Shown here in pieces: positions 9,522 to 19,325 of a stretch of DNA of 64,000 bases. A model generated the notes under the pieces. That model saw only the letters and a program-made list of their open reading frames with translations, was not told the DNA's origin and made no database searches. The stretch's first letter is position 1, and each line of letters begins with the position of its first letter. Origin of the DNA: Candidatus Eiseniibacteriota bacterium (GTDB taxonomy: Bacteria > Eisenbacteria > RBG-16-71-46 > CAVPCR01); NCBI GenBank assembly GCA_963702435.1, contig CAVPCR010000002.1, forward strand, positions 608,001 through 672,000, written 5' to 3'. Both the position numbers and the translations under genes were made by a program.

Positions 9522-12206
9522 TCAGGCGTCGAGCGCTTGCAGGCGTTCGCGGGCGTCGAGGAAGCCGGGATCCGAGCGCACGACCTCGCGCAGCTCGTCG
9601 CGCGCGCCCCCGAGCTCGCCAGCCGCGGCGAGGCTGAGCGCGAGCGCGTAGCGAATCGGCAGGACGCCCTCGCCCGTTCTCGTCGCCTCTTCGAGCGCGG
9701 CGCGCCAGTGCGAGGCCGCGAGGTTGAGCTCTCCGGCCCGACTATAACATGTGGCCAGGTGCTCGAGGCAGCGGCGCCGGTAGGAGGCCCCGCCCACCGC
9801 CTGCCGGAACTCGGCGATGGCTTCCTGATGGAGCCCCATCTCCATGTACGCCATCCCGAGGTCGTAATGGCTCGCGTGATCCGTGGCGCCGAGCTGCGAC
9901 GACACGTCGCGACGGAATCGTCCGATGACCCAGGCCAGCTGATCGTCGGTGGTCGGGTCCACCGCGGCAGGCGGAGCACCTTCAGTGGACGGCGCCGCGG
10001 CGGCGGCCGCCGGGGCGTCGAGCTCGGTACGATCGCCGTTCCCCGAGCGATCTTCGTTGCCGGCGCGATCGCTCTTCCACGCGCCATCTCCGTTACCGCC
10101 CAGGAAGTCGAGCGCCGACACGCCGTCGAGCGCCGCGCCACCGCGCAGCTCGTCGTGATCGAGCTGCATCACCTCGGGATCGGAGATCTCGGCCGCGGGG
10201 AGCGCGGCAACGGGCTCCGCCTCGGCAAGCGGCTCCGCCTCGACGAGCGCTTCGATCTCGGCGAGAGGAAGATCCTCGACGAGCCCGGTGTCGGCGACGG
10301 GCTCGGCCTCTAGCATCGGCTCGGCCTCGAGCATCGGCTCGGCCTCTAGCGCGGGCTCGGCCTCTAGCACGGGCTCGGCCTCTAGCATCGGCTCGGCCTC
10401 TAGCATCGGCTCGGCCTCGAGCATCGGCTCGGCCTCGAGCATCGGCTCGGCCTCCACGACCGGCTCCGCCTCGACGACCGGCTCCGCCTCGACGACCGAC
10501 TCCGCCTCGACGACCGACTCCGCCTCCAGGATGAGCTCCGGCGCGCGGATGGGATCCTCGGGCAACGCGAGCGGCACCGCATGCGCGCCGATGTCGGTCT
10601 CGATGATCAGATCGACATCGGGGGCGGACTCCGCCGCGACCTCCGCCGTTTCCTCCCCCGCGACCTCCGCAGACTCCACTGGAGCCTCAGCCATCTCTGT
10701 CTCGGGAGCCGCCGGCGGGTCGTTCGTGCCAAGATGCTTGAGACGCTCGTTGCGACGGAGCGCGAGCGGTTCCGCGGGGTCGAGCTCGAGCGCCCACTCG
10801 AACGCAGCGCGCGCTCGATCCCAGTCACCATCGGCGAGATGGATCTCGCCGATCTCGGCGGTCCAGCGCGCCTCGGCCGCCAGGTCGCCGCACGAGACGG
10901 CCAGCTCCTTGAGCTTCTCGGCGATCCGGAGCTCGCGCTTACCGAGTTCCCAGAGCTCGAGGAGGAAGCGCCGCGCGGCGGTGGGCTCGCCGGCGAGCTC
11001 CGCCTCGCTCGCCGCCGTGGCGAGCAAAGCCTCGGCCGCCTCGCGATCGCCCGCTTCGAGATGCGCGGCGACCCCGGTGGCCCAGCCACGGATCCGCGCG
11101 GCCATGTCGTCGGCCTCGTCCACGGCGGTCTCGATCACCGCGGCCGAATCCTCGCCCGCGCCCAGTACGATCACGTCCTCGCCGGCATCGCCCGCCGCAC
11201 CGGCCTCTGCCGTGGCAGCGACATCGCCCTCGTCGCTCTCCGCACTCTCCGCCGGTCGCTCCACCGAGTGCGCGGTGAGCTTGAGATCGAGGAAGGATGC
11301 AGGAGGACACGCTGCATCCAAGCTCGCCGGGCCGAAGAGGTCGCCCATGCGCTCGAGGCCCGGCATCACGTTCTCGAGGTCCGACGGCAGCGGGGATGCT
11401 CCGGGCGCCGACTCCGCCGGCGCCATAATCTCATCGCGGCTGTAGTCCGCGATCGTCGAGCCCTCGACGATGAGTGACTGGCAGTCGTCCTCCGCGCTCT
11501 CCTCACCGCCGTGCGCAGTCGCCGGGTCGGCTCCCGCCCCGGCGAGACCGACCGCCTCCGCCCCGGCCTCCCCGACCGGCGCGAACGCGATCGTCGCCTC
11601 TCCGAGATCGCTCTGCGGCGCGAGCTCAGCGGCGCGCGCCCGGAGCGCCACCGCGCGCTCGGCCTGTCCGCGCGACTCGAGCTCTCCGGCCATGCGCTCG
11701 AGCTCGAGGGCCGCCCGCTGGCGATCGCCGACCGCGATGAAGAGCTCCCCAACGCGGAGCGCGACCTTCACATTCGGGGTCCCGAGCTGCACCACGATCT
11801 CAAGCACCTGCTTCGTGTCGTCCTCGCGGTTCGACTCGAGGCACTTGCTGGCGAACTCGAGATAGTGGGCCATCGACTCGGCCATCAGGTTCTCGCGGGC
11901 GTAGAGATCGGCGAGTCGGCGCAGGCTCTCGAACTGCGCGGCGTCGATGCGCTGGATCTTCTTGAGGACGGCGATCGCGTTCCGGCACAGACCCTGGCTC
12001 TCGTAGGCGTCCACCGCCTGTCCGTAGCGCTTGAGCGCGACGTCGCGGTTCTTCATGCGCACCGCGAGATCCCCGAGCAGGATGTAGGCGTAGGGATCGA
12101 GCGGCTCGATCCCGAGGAGCTTCTCGTACTCGGACATCGCTTCGTTCAAAGCACTGCGCTGGATGTGGGCCTTGGCGCGCTGCTTGATCGCGGTTGCCTT
12201 GTCCAA
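9522..12206 (-). CDS. Tetratricopeptide-repeat protein with a long acidic linker
   Basis: N-terminal TPRs, C-terminal SHYDLGMAYMEMGLHQEAIAEF TPR; TTG start after GGGAGA. Confidence 0.8.
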   Translation of the reverse strand: MDKATAIKQRAKAHIQRSALNEAMSEYEKLLGIEPLDPYAYILLGDLAVRMKNRDVALKRYGQAVDAYESQGLCRNAIAVLKKIQRIDAAQFESLRRLADLYARENLMAESMAHYLEFASKCLESNREDDTKQVLEIVVQLGTPNVKVALRVGELFIAVGDRQRAALELERMAGELESRGQAERAVALRARAAELAPQSDLGEATIAFAPVGEAGAEAVGLAGAGADPATAHGGEESAEDDCQSLIVEGSTIADYSRDEIMAPAESAPGASPLPSDLENVMPGLERMGDLFGPASLDAACPPASFLDLKLTAHSVERPAESAESDEGDVAATAEAGAAGDAGEDVIVLGAGEDSAAVIETAVDEADDMAARIRGWATGVAAHLEAGDREAAEALLATAASEAELAGEPTAARRFLLELWELGKRELRIAEKLKELAVSCGDLAAEARWTAEIGEIHLADGDWDRARAAFEWALELDPAEPLALRRNERLKHLGTNDPPAAPETEMAEAPVESAEVAGEETAEVAAESAPDVDLIIETDIGAHAVPLALPEDPIRAPELILEAESVVEAESVVEAEPVVEAEPVVEAEPMLEAEPMLEAEPMLEAEPMLEAEPVLEAEPALEAEPMLEAEPMLEAEPVADTGLVEDLPLAEIEALVEAEPLAEAEPVAALPAAEISDPEVMQLDHDELRGGAALDGVSALDFLGGNGDGAWKSDRAGNEDRSGNGDRTELDAPAAAAAAPSTEGAPPAAVDPTTDDQLAWVIGRFRRDVSSQLGATDHASHYDLGMAYMEMGLHQEAIAEFRQAVGGASYRRRCLEHLATCYSRAGELNLAASHWRAALEEATRTGEGVLPIRYALALSLAAAGELGGARDELREVVRSDPGFLDARERLQALDA
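10293..10526. repeat. 18-bp tandem repeat, 13 copies, encoding EAE(P/S)(V/M/A)(V/L/A)
   Basis: Units such as ggctcggcctctagcatc; visible in the translation. Confidence 0.9.
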
Positions 12207-12820
12207 TGGGATCTCCCGGCCGTTGGCTGCGGGCCCGCTCGGAGCGTGGAGCGTCGGGGCAGGACGCTCCGCGCCGGTCACCGGTCGCTGGACGACGTCG
12301 CGGAGGAGCCGGCGCCGAGCCCGCGCGGCGGAAACCGTTCCCCGCAAACGGGATCACCGCTCGCGGGCGCCGCGCGACCTCGGGGCGTACGCCTCCCCTC
12401 ATCCAGTTTCGGCACCTTCGGGTCTAACGTAAGCCGGGCGCTGAAAGAGGATCCCTCCGGCGGTCGTCCGGGCTGGCAGCGGGACAGCAGAGTGGGCGAT
12501 CTCGCCCGAACGCGCCGCGATGAGACTCCCGGCTGGCGCTCGCCTCCTGGTGGCCCGGCGCTCGCCGGCGTTCGCCGGCGTTCGCCACCGCGGGGGGGCA
12601 CCGCGCCGCCCCGATGTGATACGGAAGAGTGTTCGCCGGCACGCTCGAACCGGTACTCCGGCACGCTCGGACCGCCCTCCCGCAGCTCTCGGGCCGGCGC
12701 CCCGCCCGCGCCGGCCCGGTCTTGGCGGACCGCCGCCTTCTGCTATCCTCCCGCTGATCCTCCCCATCGTTCCGTCCATGCCGCTGTTTGCTCGCAGGCC
12801 ATAGGGAGTACCGGATACCA

Positions 12821-13702
12821 ATGAAGAAGTCAGTCGTGGTCATCATGGGCCTCGTGCTCATCGCCCTGGCGGCGGCCGTCGCCTTCCTGTACACCCAGAA
12901 GCAGCAGCTCGCCGTCCAGGTCGAGCAGAACCGGCTCGCCGAGGAGGCGGTGCGCGAGCAGTTCGGCGCCGCGCTCCAGTCGATCGCCGAGATCCAGGAC
13001 AGCCTGAGCGTGATGCTCCCCGCCGAGGAGCGGCTCAGCCATGTCTCGCGCAGCGCTGAGCTGGGCTCGCCGATCACGCAGACGCAGAAGGAGCAGATGC
13101 TCGGCACCATCGCGGACATGAAGCAGAGCGTCAACAACACGAAGCTCAAGATCGATGAGCTCGAGAAGAGCCTCGCCGCGAACCAGAAGGAGATGGCGGG
13201 CCTCCGCCGCGTCATCGACAACCTGAAGAAGTCGGTGGCCGAGCGCGAGGCGACCATCCAGAAGCTCACGGGCGAGGTGGCCTCGCTCCAGGGCACGGTC
13301 GCAGGCCTCCAGACCGATGTCCAGCGCGGCCAGGAGAAGATCGCCGAGCAGCAGGGCGTGATCGACACCAAGACCAAGGAGCTCGGTCTCGTCCACTACC
13401 TGATCGGGACCAAGGATGATCTCAAGGCGAAGGGGCTCATCACCGAGAAGGGCGGCTTCATCGGCATGGGCAAGACGACTCAGCTCACTGCCAACTTCAA
13501 GGAGAGCGACTTCACGACGATCGACACCAACGTGGCGACCGAGATCCCGCTCTGGGGAGTCAAGCCGCAGGTCCTGAGCGCGCAGAACAAGGCGAGCTAC
13601 GAGCTCCAGCTCCTCGCCGAGCAGAAGTCGAAGCTCGTGATCAAGGACCCGGTCGAGTTCCGGAAGGTGAAGTACGTCGTGATCATGGTCGAGAAGGACT
13701 GA
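12821..13702 (+). CDS. Membrane-anchored coiled-coil protein (Bacteroidota Cbp1-like family)
   Basis: N-terminal TM, long coiled coil, C-terminal YLIGTKDDLKAKGLITEKGGFIGMG; TGcTATCCT upstream. Confidence 0.7.
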   Translation: MKKSVVVIMGLVLIALAAAVAFLYTQKQQLAVQVEQNRLAEEAVREQFGAALQSIAEIQDSLSVMLPAEERLSHVSRSAELGSPITQTQKEQMLGTIADMKQSVNNTKLKIDELEKSLAANQKEMAGLRRVIDNLKKSVAEREATIQKLTGEVASLQGTVAGLQTDVQRGQEKIAEQQGVIDTKTKELGLVHYLIGTKDDLKAKGLITEKGGFIGMGKTTQLTANFKESDFTTIDTNVATEIPLWGVKPQVLSAQNKASYELQLLAEQKSKLVIKDPVEFRKVKYVVIMVEKD

Positions 13703-13727
13703 GCGCGGCGGCGGGAGGCGGGACGGA

Positions 13728-14018
13728 TCAGATTGTCGGCTGCTCCGGAAGCTGCGTGCCGTGCCATACTCCGACGATCCAGACCGTGCCGCCGTCCACT
13801 CGGCAGAAGAACCGATACGGCGGCACGATCAGTTCTCGGTACGGAAGCTCGGGGAAGTCAGGCAGGGGTCGACCCAGGGAAGGGAAGCGTTCCGGGCGGC
13901 GCAGCGACTTCTCCGCCCGTTTTCTGAACAGGATTGCCGCCGACGGTTTGTCCCGGCGGATGTACGCAATCGCTACCAGGAACTGGGCGCGACCGGATGG
14001 CGTGAATCGGACCTTCAC
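13728..14018 (-). CDS. Type II toxin, RelE/ParE family
   Basis: MKVRFTPSGRAQF...FPSLGR...RELIVPPYRFF...IVGVWHG; GTGA overlap with the antitoxin. Confidence 0.85.
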   Translation of the reverse strand: MKVRFTPSGRAQFLVAIAYIRRDKPSAAILFRKRAEKSLRRPERFPSLGRPLPDFPELPYRELIVPPYRFFCRVDGGTVWIVGVWHGTQLPEQPTI

Positions 14019-14296
14019 TCGGCGTCGTCCGCTAACAGGGCGTCGGCCTCGGCGAGCACGCTGTCGAGACTGTGGCCCTTCCCCCCGGCGATTTCCCTTT
14101 CGCCGCGGGCGAGAAGCCTCAGGAGTTGGCGCTCCTTCTCCGCATGCTCATAGGCCTCCACGCTCATCATCACGGCCGCCGCGCGGCCGCGCTGCGTGCT
14201 GATCAGCGGCTGCCGCAAGGCGCGCACTCGCCGCGGAACGGCCGCCGCATCCTGGCGGAGATCCGTCACCGGGACCACTTCAGGGACTCGTGCCAT
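14015..14296 (-). CDS. Type II antitoxin, Phd/YefM family
   Basis: PVTDLRQDAAAV...PLISTQRGRAAAVMMSVEAYE; AGGAGG RBS. Confidence 0.88.
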   Translation of the reverse strand: MARVPEVVPVTDLRQDAAAVPRRVRALRQPLISTQRGRAAAVMMSVEAYEHAEKERQLLRLLARGEREIAGGKGHSLDSVLAEADALLADDAE

Positions 14297-14422
14297 GGGT
14301 TTGTACCTCCTAACCGTACAACCAAGCGCATCATTCTTTCACGGCCTCGCCAAGTGGCAACCGGGACGTTCTGATCCTTCAGCCGCGAGGGCGGGGCTTC
14401 GCGACCCCCGCTCCCCGGCCCC

Positions 14423-15781
14423 TCATCGCCCCTGGACGATCCGTCCTGCCTCGACCGCCACGCGACCGCCGGCGACGACCGCCGTCACGTGCGACGGACC
14501 GATGTGATACGCGAGGTGGCAGACGCCGGGGAGAGCGACGACCTGGAGATCGGCGCGGGCGCCGGCGACGAGGACGCCGCGATCGGCGACCCCCGCCGCG
14601 TGCGCCGCGTTCCGCGTCGCGGCGACGAGCGCCTCCTCGGGGGTCAGGCGGAGCCCGAGACAGGCGAGGCTCACGACGAGCGGCATCGAGGCCACCATCG
14701 AGCTTCCTGGATTGAAGTCGGTGGCGATCGCGATCGGGAGGCCCTGGTCGGCGAGGCGCCGGCCCGGCGCGAAGCGCGTCATGCCGAGGAAGAAGCTCGT
14801 CGCGGGGAGGAGCACCGGGATCGTCTGTGAGCCTGCGAGGGCCGCGATCCCCGCTTCCCCGATCGCCATCAGGTGATCGGCCGAGGTGGCGCCCGCGGCG
14901 GCAGCGAGGGCCGCGCCGCCCGAATCCTCGAACTCGTCGGCGTGGAGCTTGAGCGCGAGGCCGTGGCGACGCGCGGCGGCGAAGATCGCGCGCGTGTCAT
15001 CGGGGCTGAAGTAGCCCGGCTCGCAGAAGACGTCGCAGAAGCGCGCGATCCCCTGCGCCGCAACTGCCGGCAGCATCTCGTGGACGATGCGCTCGACGTA
15101 GCCCGCCGTGTTGCCCGCGAACTCGGGCGGCACCGCATGCGCGCCCATGAAGGTCGGGACGACCGTGACCGGGTGCGTGCGCTCGAGCTCGGCCATCACC
15201 TCGAGGGCGCGGAGCTCATCGGCGGTCGTGAGCCCGTAGCCGGTCTTCGCCTCGACGGTGGTCGTCCCGAGGAGGAGCATCTGGTCGAGGGCGCGGCGGC
15301 CGCGCGCGAGGAGCTCGTCGTTCGACGCGGCGCGAAAGGCCCGCACGGAGGAGAGGATCCCGCCGCCCGCGGCCGCGATCTCCGCGTACGTGCGGCCGCG
15401 CACGCGCATCCCGAACTCGTCGGCCCGATCCCCGGCGAAGGGGATGTGGGTGTGCGGATCGACGAAGCCGGGGAGGACGCTGCCGCCCGCCGCATCGAGG
15501 AGGCGCGCGCCGGGGGCGAGGCGGACATGAGAGTCGAGCTCCGTCTCGGGGCCGACCCAGGCGATGCGCTCGCCGGCGACGGCCACCGCGCCCCGCGGGA
15601 TGAGGCCGATCTCGCCGAGCGCGACGCCGCGGGCGGGGGCGAGGGAGCCGCCCGCGTGCCCCGCGGCCTCGCGCTCCGCTGCCGAGGCCATCGTCGCCAC
15701 CTCGGCCGCGCCGCGGACGACGAGCGTCGCTTCTACTCGCGCGTCTCGCGCGTCTCGCGCCTCTCGCGCATCGGCCGCCAC
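14423..15781 (-). CDS. hutI: Imidazolonepropionase
   Basis: PGFVDPHTH, GGGILSSV, EAKTGYGL, DVFCE, KLHADE, ATDFNPGSS; follows hutU. Confidence 0.95.
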   Translation of the reverse strand: MAADAREARDARDARVEATLVVRGAAEVATMASAAEREAAGHAGGSLAPARGVALGEIGLIPRGAVAVAGERIAWVGPETELDSHVRLAPGARLLDAAGGSVLPGFVDPHTHIPFAGDRADEFGMRVRGRTYAEIAAAGGGILSSVRAFRAASNDELLARGRRALDQMLLLGTTTVEAKTGYGLTTADELRALEVMAELERTHPVTVVPTFMGAHAVPPEFAGNTAGYVERIVHEMLPAVAAQGIARFCDVFCEPGYFSPDDTRAIFAAARRHGLALKLHADEFEDSGGAALAAAAGATSADHLMAIGEAGIAALAGSQTIPVLLPATSFFLGMTRFAPGRRLADQGLPIAIATDFNPGSSMVASMPLVVSLACLGLRLTPEEALVAATRNAAHAAGVADRGVLVAGARADLQVVALPGVCHLAYHIGPSHVTAVVAGGRVAVEAGRIVQGR

Positions 15782-15785
15782 CCGC

Positions 15786-17516
15786 CTACTTCCCTTCCTC
15801 CAGCATGGGGATCCTGAGCCCCTGCGCGTGCGCCGTCTCCACCGCCTCCTCGTAGCCCGCGTCCGCGTGGCGCATGACGCCCGTTCCGGGGTCGTTGGTG
15901 AGAACGCGCGAGAGGCGCTCGTCGGCATCCTCGCTCCCGTCGGCGACACACACCATGCCGGCATGGAGCGAGTAGCCGATGCCGACCCCTCCCCCGTGAT
16001 GCACCGACACCCACGCCGCCCCCGACGCCGTGTTGAGGAGCGCGTTCAGGATCGGCCAGTCGGCGATCGCGTCCGAGCCGTCCTTCATCGCCTCGGTCTC
16101 GCGATAGGGTGAGGCGACCGAGCCCGAGTCGAGGTGATCGCGCCCGATGACGATCGGTGCCTTCACCTCCCCGCGCCGGACAAGGTCGTTCAGGACGAGC
16201 CCGGCGCGATCGCGCTCGCCGAAGCCGAGCCAGCAGATCCGGGCCGGGAGACCCTGGTAGGCCACGTGCTTCCGCGCGAGCGGGATCCAGCGCGCGAGCA
16301 CCTTATCGTCGGGGAACGCCTCGAGGAGCGCCTTGTCGGCGCGAGCGATGTCGGCCGGGTCGCCGGAGAGGGCGGCGAAGCGGAAGGGCCCCTTCCCGCG
16401 GCAGAAGAGCGGGCGGATGTAGGCCGGGACGAAGCCCGGAAAATCGAAAGCACGCTCCAACCCAGCTTTCTGCGCCTGGGCGCGAATATTGTTCCCGTAG
16501 TCGAAGACCACGCTCCCCCGCTCCTGGAAGGCGAGCATGGCGCCGACATGGGTCGCAATCGACTCCATCGAGCGCTTGATGTAGAGCTCGGGATTCGTGC
16601 GGCGAAGCTCGACCGCCGCCGCGAACGGCATCCCACCCGGCACATAGCCGTTCAGCGCATCGTGCGCCGAGGTCTGATCGGTGACGATGTCGGGTCTGAA
16701 ACCGCGCCGCACGAGCTCGGGCAGGATGTCAGCCGTGTTCCCGAGGAGCGCGATCGAGAGCGGCTCCCGCGCCGAGCGCGCCGCCTCGGCAAGCTTGATC
16801 GCATCATCCACCTTGTCGGTCTTGCGATCGACGTAGCGGGTCTCGATCCGGCGGCTGATGCGCTCGGGATCCACCTCGACCGCGATGCAGACGCCGCCGT
16901 TCATGGTGACGGCAAGGGGCTGCGCCCCACCCATGCCGCCGAGGCCGCCGGTGAGCGTGATCCGCCCGGCGAGCGTCCCGTCGAAGTGCTGGCGCGCAAG
17001 CTCAGCGAGGGTCTCGAAGGTGCCCTGGAGGATGCCCTGCGTCCCGATGTAGATCCAGCTCCCCGCGGTCATCTGCCCATACATGGTGAGACCGAGCCGC
17101 TCGAGGCGGCGAAACTCCTCCCAGTTGCCCCACGCCGGCACCAGGTTCGCGTTCGCGATGAGAACGCGCGGCGCGAAGGGGTGCGTGCGGAAGACCCCGA
17201 CCGGCTTTCCGGACTGGACGAGGAGCGTCTCGTCGGATTCGAGGCGGCGGAGCTCGCGGACGATCGCGTCGTACGCCTCCCAGCTCCGCGCCGCCTTCCC
17301 CGATCCGCCGTAGACGACGAGATCGGCGGGGCGCTCGGCCACCTCGGGATCGAGGTTGTTCATGAGCATGCGGAGGGCGGCTTCCTGGAGCCACCCCTTG
17401 CACGTAAGCTGCGTGCCGCGCGGGGCGCGGACGGCGGGACGAGCCGCGGGAGCCGCGGGGGACGCCGCGGAAGCGGCGGCCGTCTGGGCGGCCGGGGCAT
17501 TGCTCGTTGCGTTCAT
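15786..17516 (-). CDS. hutU: Urocanate hydratase
   Basis: [54 protein letters not shown]. Confidence 0.98.
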   Translation of the reverse strand: MNATSNAPAAQTAAASAASPAAPAARPAVRAPRGTQLTCKGWLQEAALRMLMNNLDPEVAERPADLVVYGGSGKAARSWEAYDAIVRELRRLESDETLLVQSGKPVGVFRTHPFAPRVLIANANLVPAWGNWEEFRRLERLGLTMYGQMTAGSWIYIGTQGILQGTFETLAELARQHFDGTLAGRITLTGGLGGMGGAQPLAVTMNGGVCIAVEVDPERISRRIETRYVDRKTDKVDDAIKLAEAARSAREPLSIALLGNTADILPELVRRGFRPDIVTDQTSAHDALNGYVPGGMPFAAAVELRRTNPELYIKRSMESIATHVGAMLAFQERGSVVFDYGNNIRAQAQKAGLERAFDFPGFVPAYIRPLFCRGKGPFRFAALSGDPADIARADKALLEAFPDDKVLARWIPLARKHVAYQGLPARICWLGFGERDRAGLVLNDLVRRGEVKAPIVIGRDHLDSGSVASPYRETEAMKDGSDAIADWPILNALLNTASGAAWVSVHHGGGVGIGYSLHAGMVCVADGSEDADERLSRVLTNDPGTGVMRHADAGYEEAVETAHAQGLRIPMLEEGK

Positions 17517-17559
17517 CGTGTTCTCGCTCAGGTGTTCACCGATTCTTGGGGAAGCGCCG

Positions 17560-17658
17560 TCATGGCGCCGGCCGCCGAGAGCATACCCCGGCGCTCGGGG
17601 ATGAGCAACGTGGAGCGGCAGGATTCGCCGTGTCCGCGGTGTCGATCGCAACCCTCAA
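17560..17658 (-). pseudogene. Probable remnant of a PIN-domain toxin (first ~7 codons only)
   Basis: TTGA overlap with the AbrB stop; reads MRVAIDT, then unrelated sequence and a stop after 32 residues. Confidence 0.5.
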
Positions 17659-17912
17659 CGCAATCTGCGGCGCACCGCTCTTCTCAGCTCGCTGCGTACC
17701 TCGCGGGCCCGACCCCTTTCCCGGCGAGCCTCGGCGATCAGCGCTTCGAACTCGGCCATCGAGGGCGGGAAGATCGCCTTCAGGATGACGACATCGCCGA
17801 CGCCGATGACGACGAACTGCGACCCCGCCTTGAGTCCCATCCGCTTGCGGACGGCCGCGGGAATCACCACGTGGCCCTTCGCCAGCATCTTGGTCGTGGA
17901 TACGCGTCGCAT
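17655..17912 (-). CDS. AbrB/MazE/SpoVT-family DNA-binding protein
   Basis: TTKMLAKGHVVIPAAVRKRMGLKAGSQF; GGAGGAGG RBS. Confidence 0.85.
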   Translation of the reverse strand: MRRVSTTKMLAKGHVVIPAAVRKRMGLKAGSQFVVIGVGDVVILKAIFPPSMAEFEALIAEARRERGRAREVRSELRRAVRRRLR

Positions 17913-18149
17913 TGAATGACCTCCTCCGTTGGCCGCCTGGTGGGCGAGACTAGCGGAGGGCGGACCGCGGGACAACCGGGCCCCGGACTTGGCCCGCCTC
18001 ACCTCCGTTTGACCCCCGGTACCCCGCCTAGTAATCTCCAGTGCCGCCGCGGGTCGCGCGGCTCCGCTTTCGTCGGCGTGGCGCTCGCACATCGGATTCG
18101 GGCGCGCTGGCATACCCGGGGGATGGACCAACACGGAGGTCTTTCGATC

Positions 18150-18626
18150 ATGAGGAGAATCGGCATTCTGTTCGCCCTGGTGGCGTTAGCCTTCGCCACG
18201 GCTTCCTTCGCGCAGGAGGCCGGCCGGAAGAACGCGCTCGAGGAGAACCGCGCCAAGGTCCAGGCCGCGCGCAAGGCCAAGGTCGAGTCCAACCTGACGC
18301 TCACTGCGGATGAGGCCAAGGCGTTCTGGCCCCTCTATGACGAGTACACCGCCGAGGTGGTGAAGCTCGGCGATCGCAAGTCGGCGCTCATCACCGACTT
18401 CGCCCGCAACTACGAGAAGCTGACCGACGAGCAGGCAAAGAGCATGCTCAAGGAGCAGTTCGACATCCAGGAGCAGTCGCTGGCGCTCCGCCGCGACACC
18501 CTGAAGAAGATGGAGGGCGTCCTGCCCCCGCAGAAGCTCGTGCGCTTCTTCCAGATCGACAACAAGTTCGATTCAGAGATCAACTCCAAGCTGGCGGAGA
18601 TGGTGCCGCTGGCGGAGCCCAAGTAG
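18150..18626 (+). CDS. Secreted helical protein (Spy/CpxP-like)
   Basis: Signal peptide ending ASFA-Q; LTLTADEAKAFWPLYDEY; GGAGG RBS. Confidence 0.75.
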   Translation: MRRIGILFALVALAFATASFAQEAGRKNALEENRAKVQAARKAKVESNLTLTADEAKAFWPLYDEYTAEVVKLGDRKSALITDFARNYEKLTDEQAKSMLKEQFDIQEQSLALRRDTLKKMEGVLPPQKLVRFFQIDNKFDSEINSKLAEMVPLAEPK

Positions 18627-18682
18627 CGACGGTCTGCAGTGCGGGATTGCGGGACCACGGCGGCGCGGCCAGGCGGGATTTC

Positions 18683-19258
18683 ATGACCAAGGGCAGGCTC
18701 GAGGCATTCAGCGATGGCGTGATCGCGATCATCATCACGATCATGGTGCTCGAGCTTCGAGTTCCCCATGAGGCCGCCCTGGCCGCGCTCCGCCCGCTCG
18801 TCCCCAAGTTCATGTGCTACGTGCTGAGCTTCGTCATGCTCGGCATCTACTGGAACAACCACCACCACCTGCTCCAGGCCACGCGCCACGTGGATGGGCG
18901 CGTCCTGTGGGCCAACATGCATCTTCTCTTCTGGCTGTCGCTCGTCCCGTTCGTCACGGGGTGGATGGGCGAGAACGACTTCGCCGCCCTGCCCGTCGCC
19001 GCCTACGGCGCGGTGATGCTCCTCGCCGCGATCGCCTACTACATCCTCGTCCGCGCGCTCATCGCCCTCCACGGCGAGGGCTCCACGATCGCGACCGCCA
19101 TCGGCAGCGACTTCAAGGGGAAGATCTCGATCGTGATCTACGTGGCGGCGATGCCGCTGGCGGTCGTGAACCCGCTGCTATCGTGCGGGCTCTACGTGCT
19201 GGTTGCTGTGATCTGGTTCATCCCCGATCGGCGGCTGGAGAAGACGGTGGAGCGGTGA
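18683..19258 (+). CDS. TMEM175-family potassium channel
   Basis: RLEAFSDGVIAIIITIMVLEL; YWNNHHH. Confidence 0.92.
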   Translation: MTKGRLEAFSDGVIAIIITIMVLELRVPHEAALAALRPLVPKFMCYVLSFVMLGIYWNNHHHLLQATRHVDGRVLWANMHLLFWLSLVPFVTGWMGENDFAALPVAAYGAVMLLAAIAYYILVRALIALHGEGSTIATAIGSDFKGKISIVIYVAAMPLAVVNPLLSCGLYVLVAVIWFIPDRRLEKTVER

Positions 19259-19325
19259 AGGGGCCGCGCCGCGGCGACGCATCCCTGCCGTCCCGCACCA
19301 GTGGTTACGTCTCCGAGCCCTACCG

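Noticed and set aside
10288..10530. Regular repeats as a possible CRISPR array
   Set aside because: Contiguous 18-bp coding units without unique spacers; no cas genes.
8614..12400. Cobalamin riboswitch upstream of the S-component/receptor gene
   Set aside because: The gene is directly coupled to PHP, and I could not recognise a B12-box upstream of the operon.
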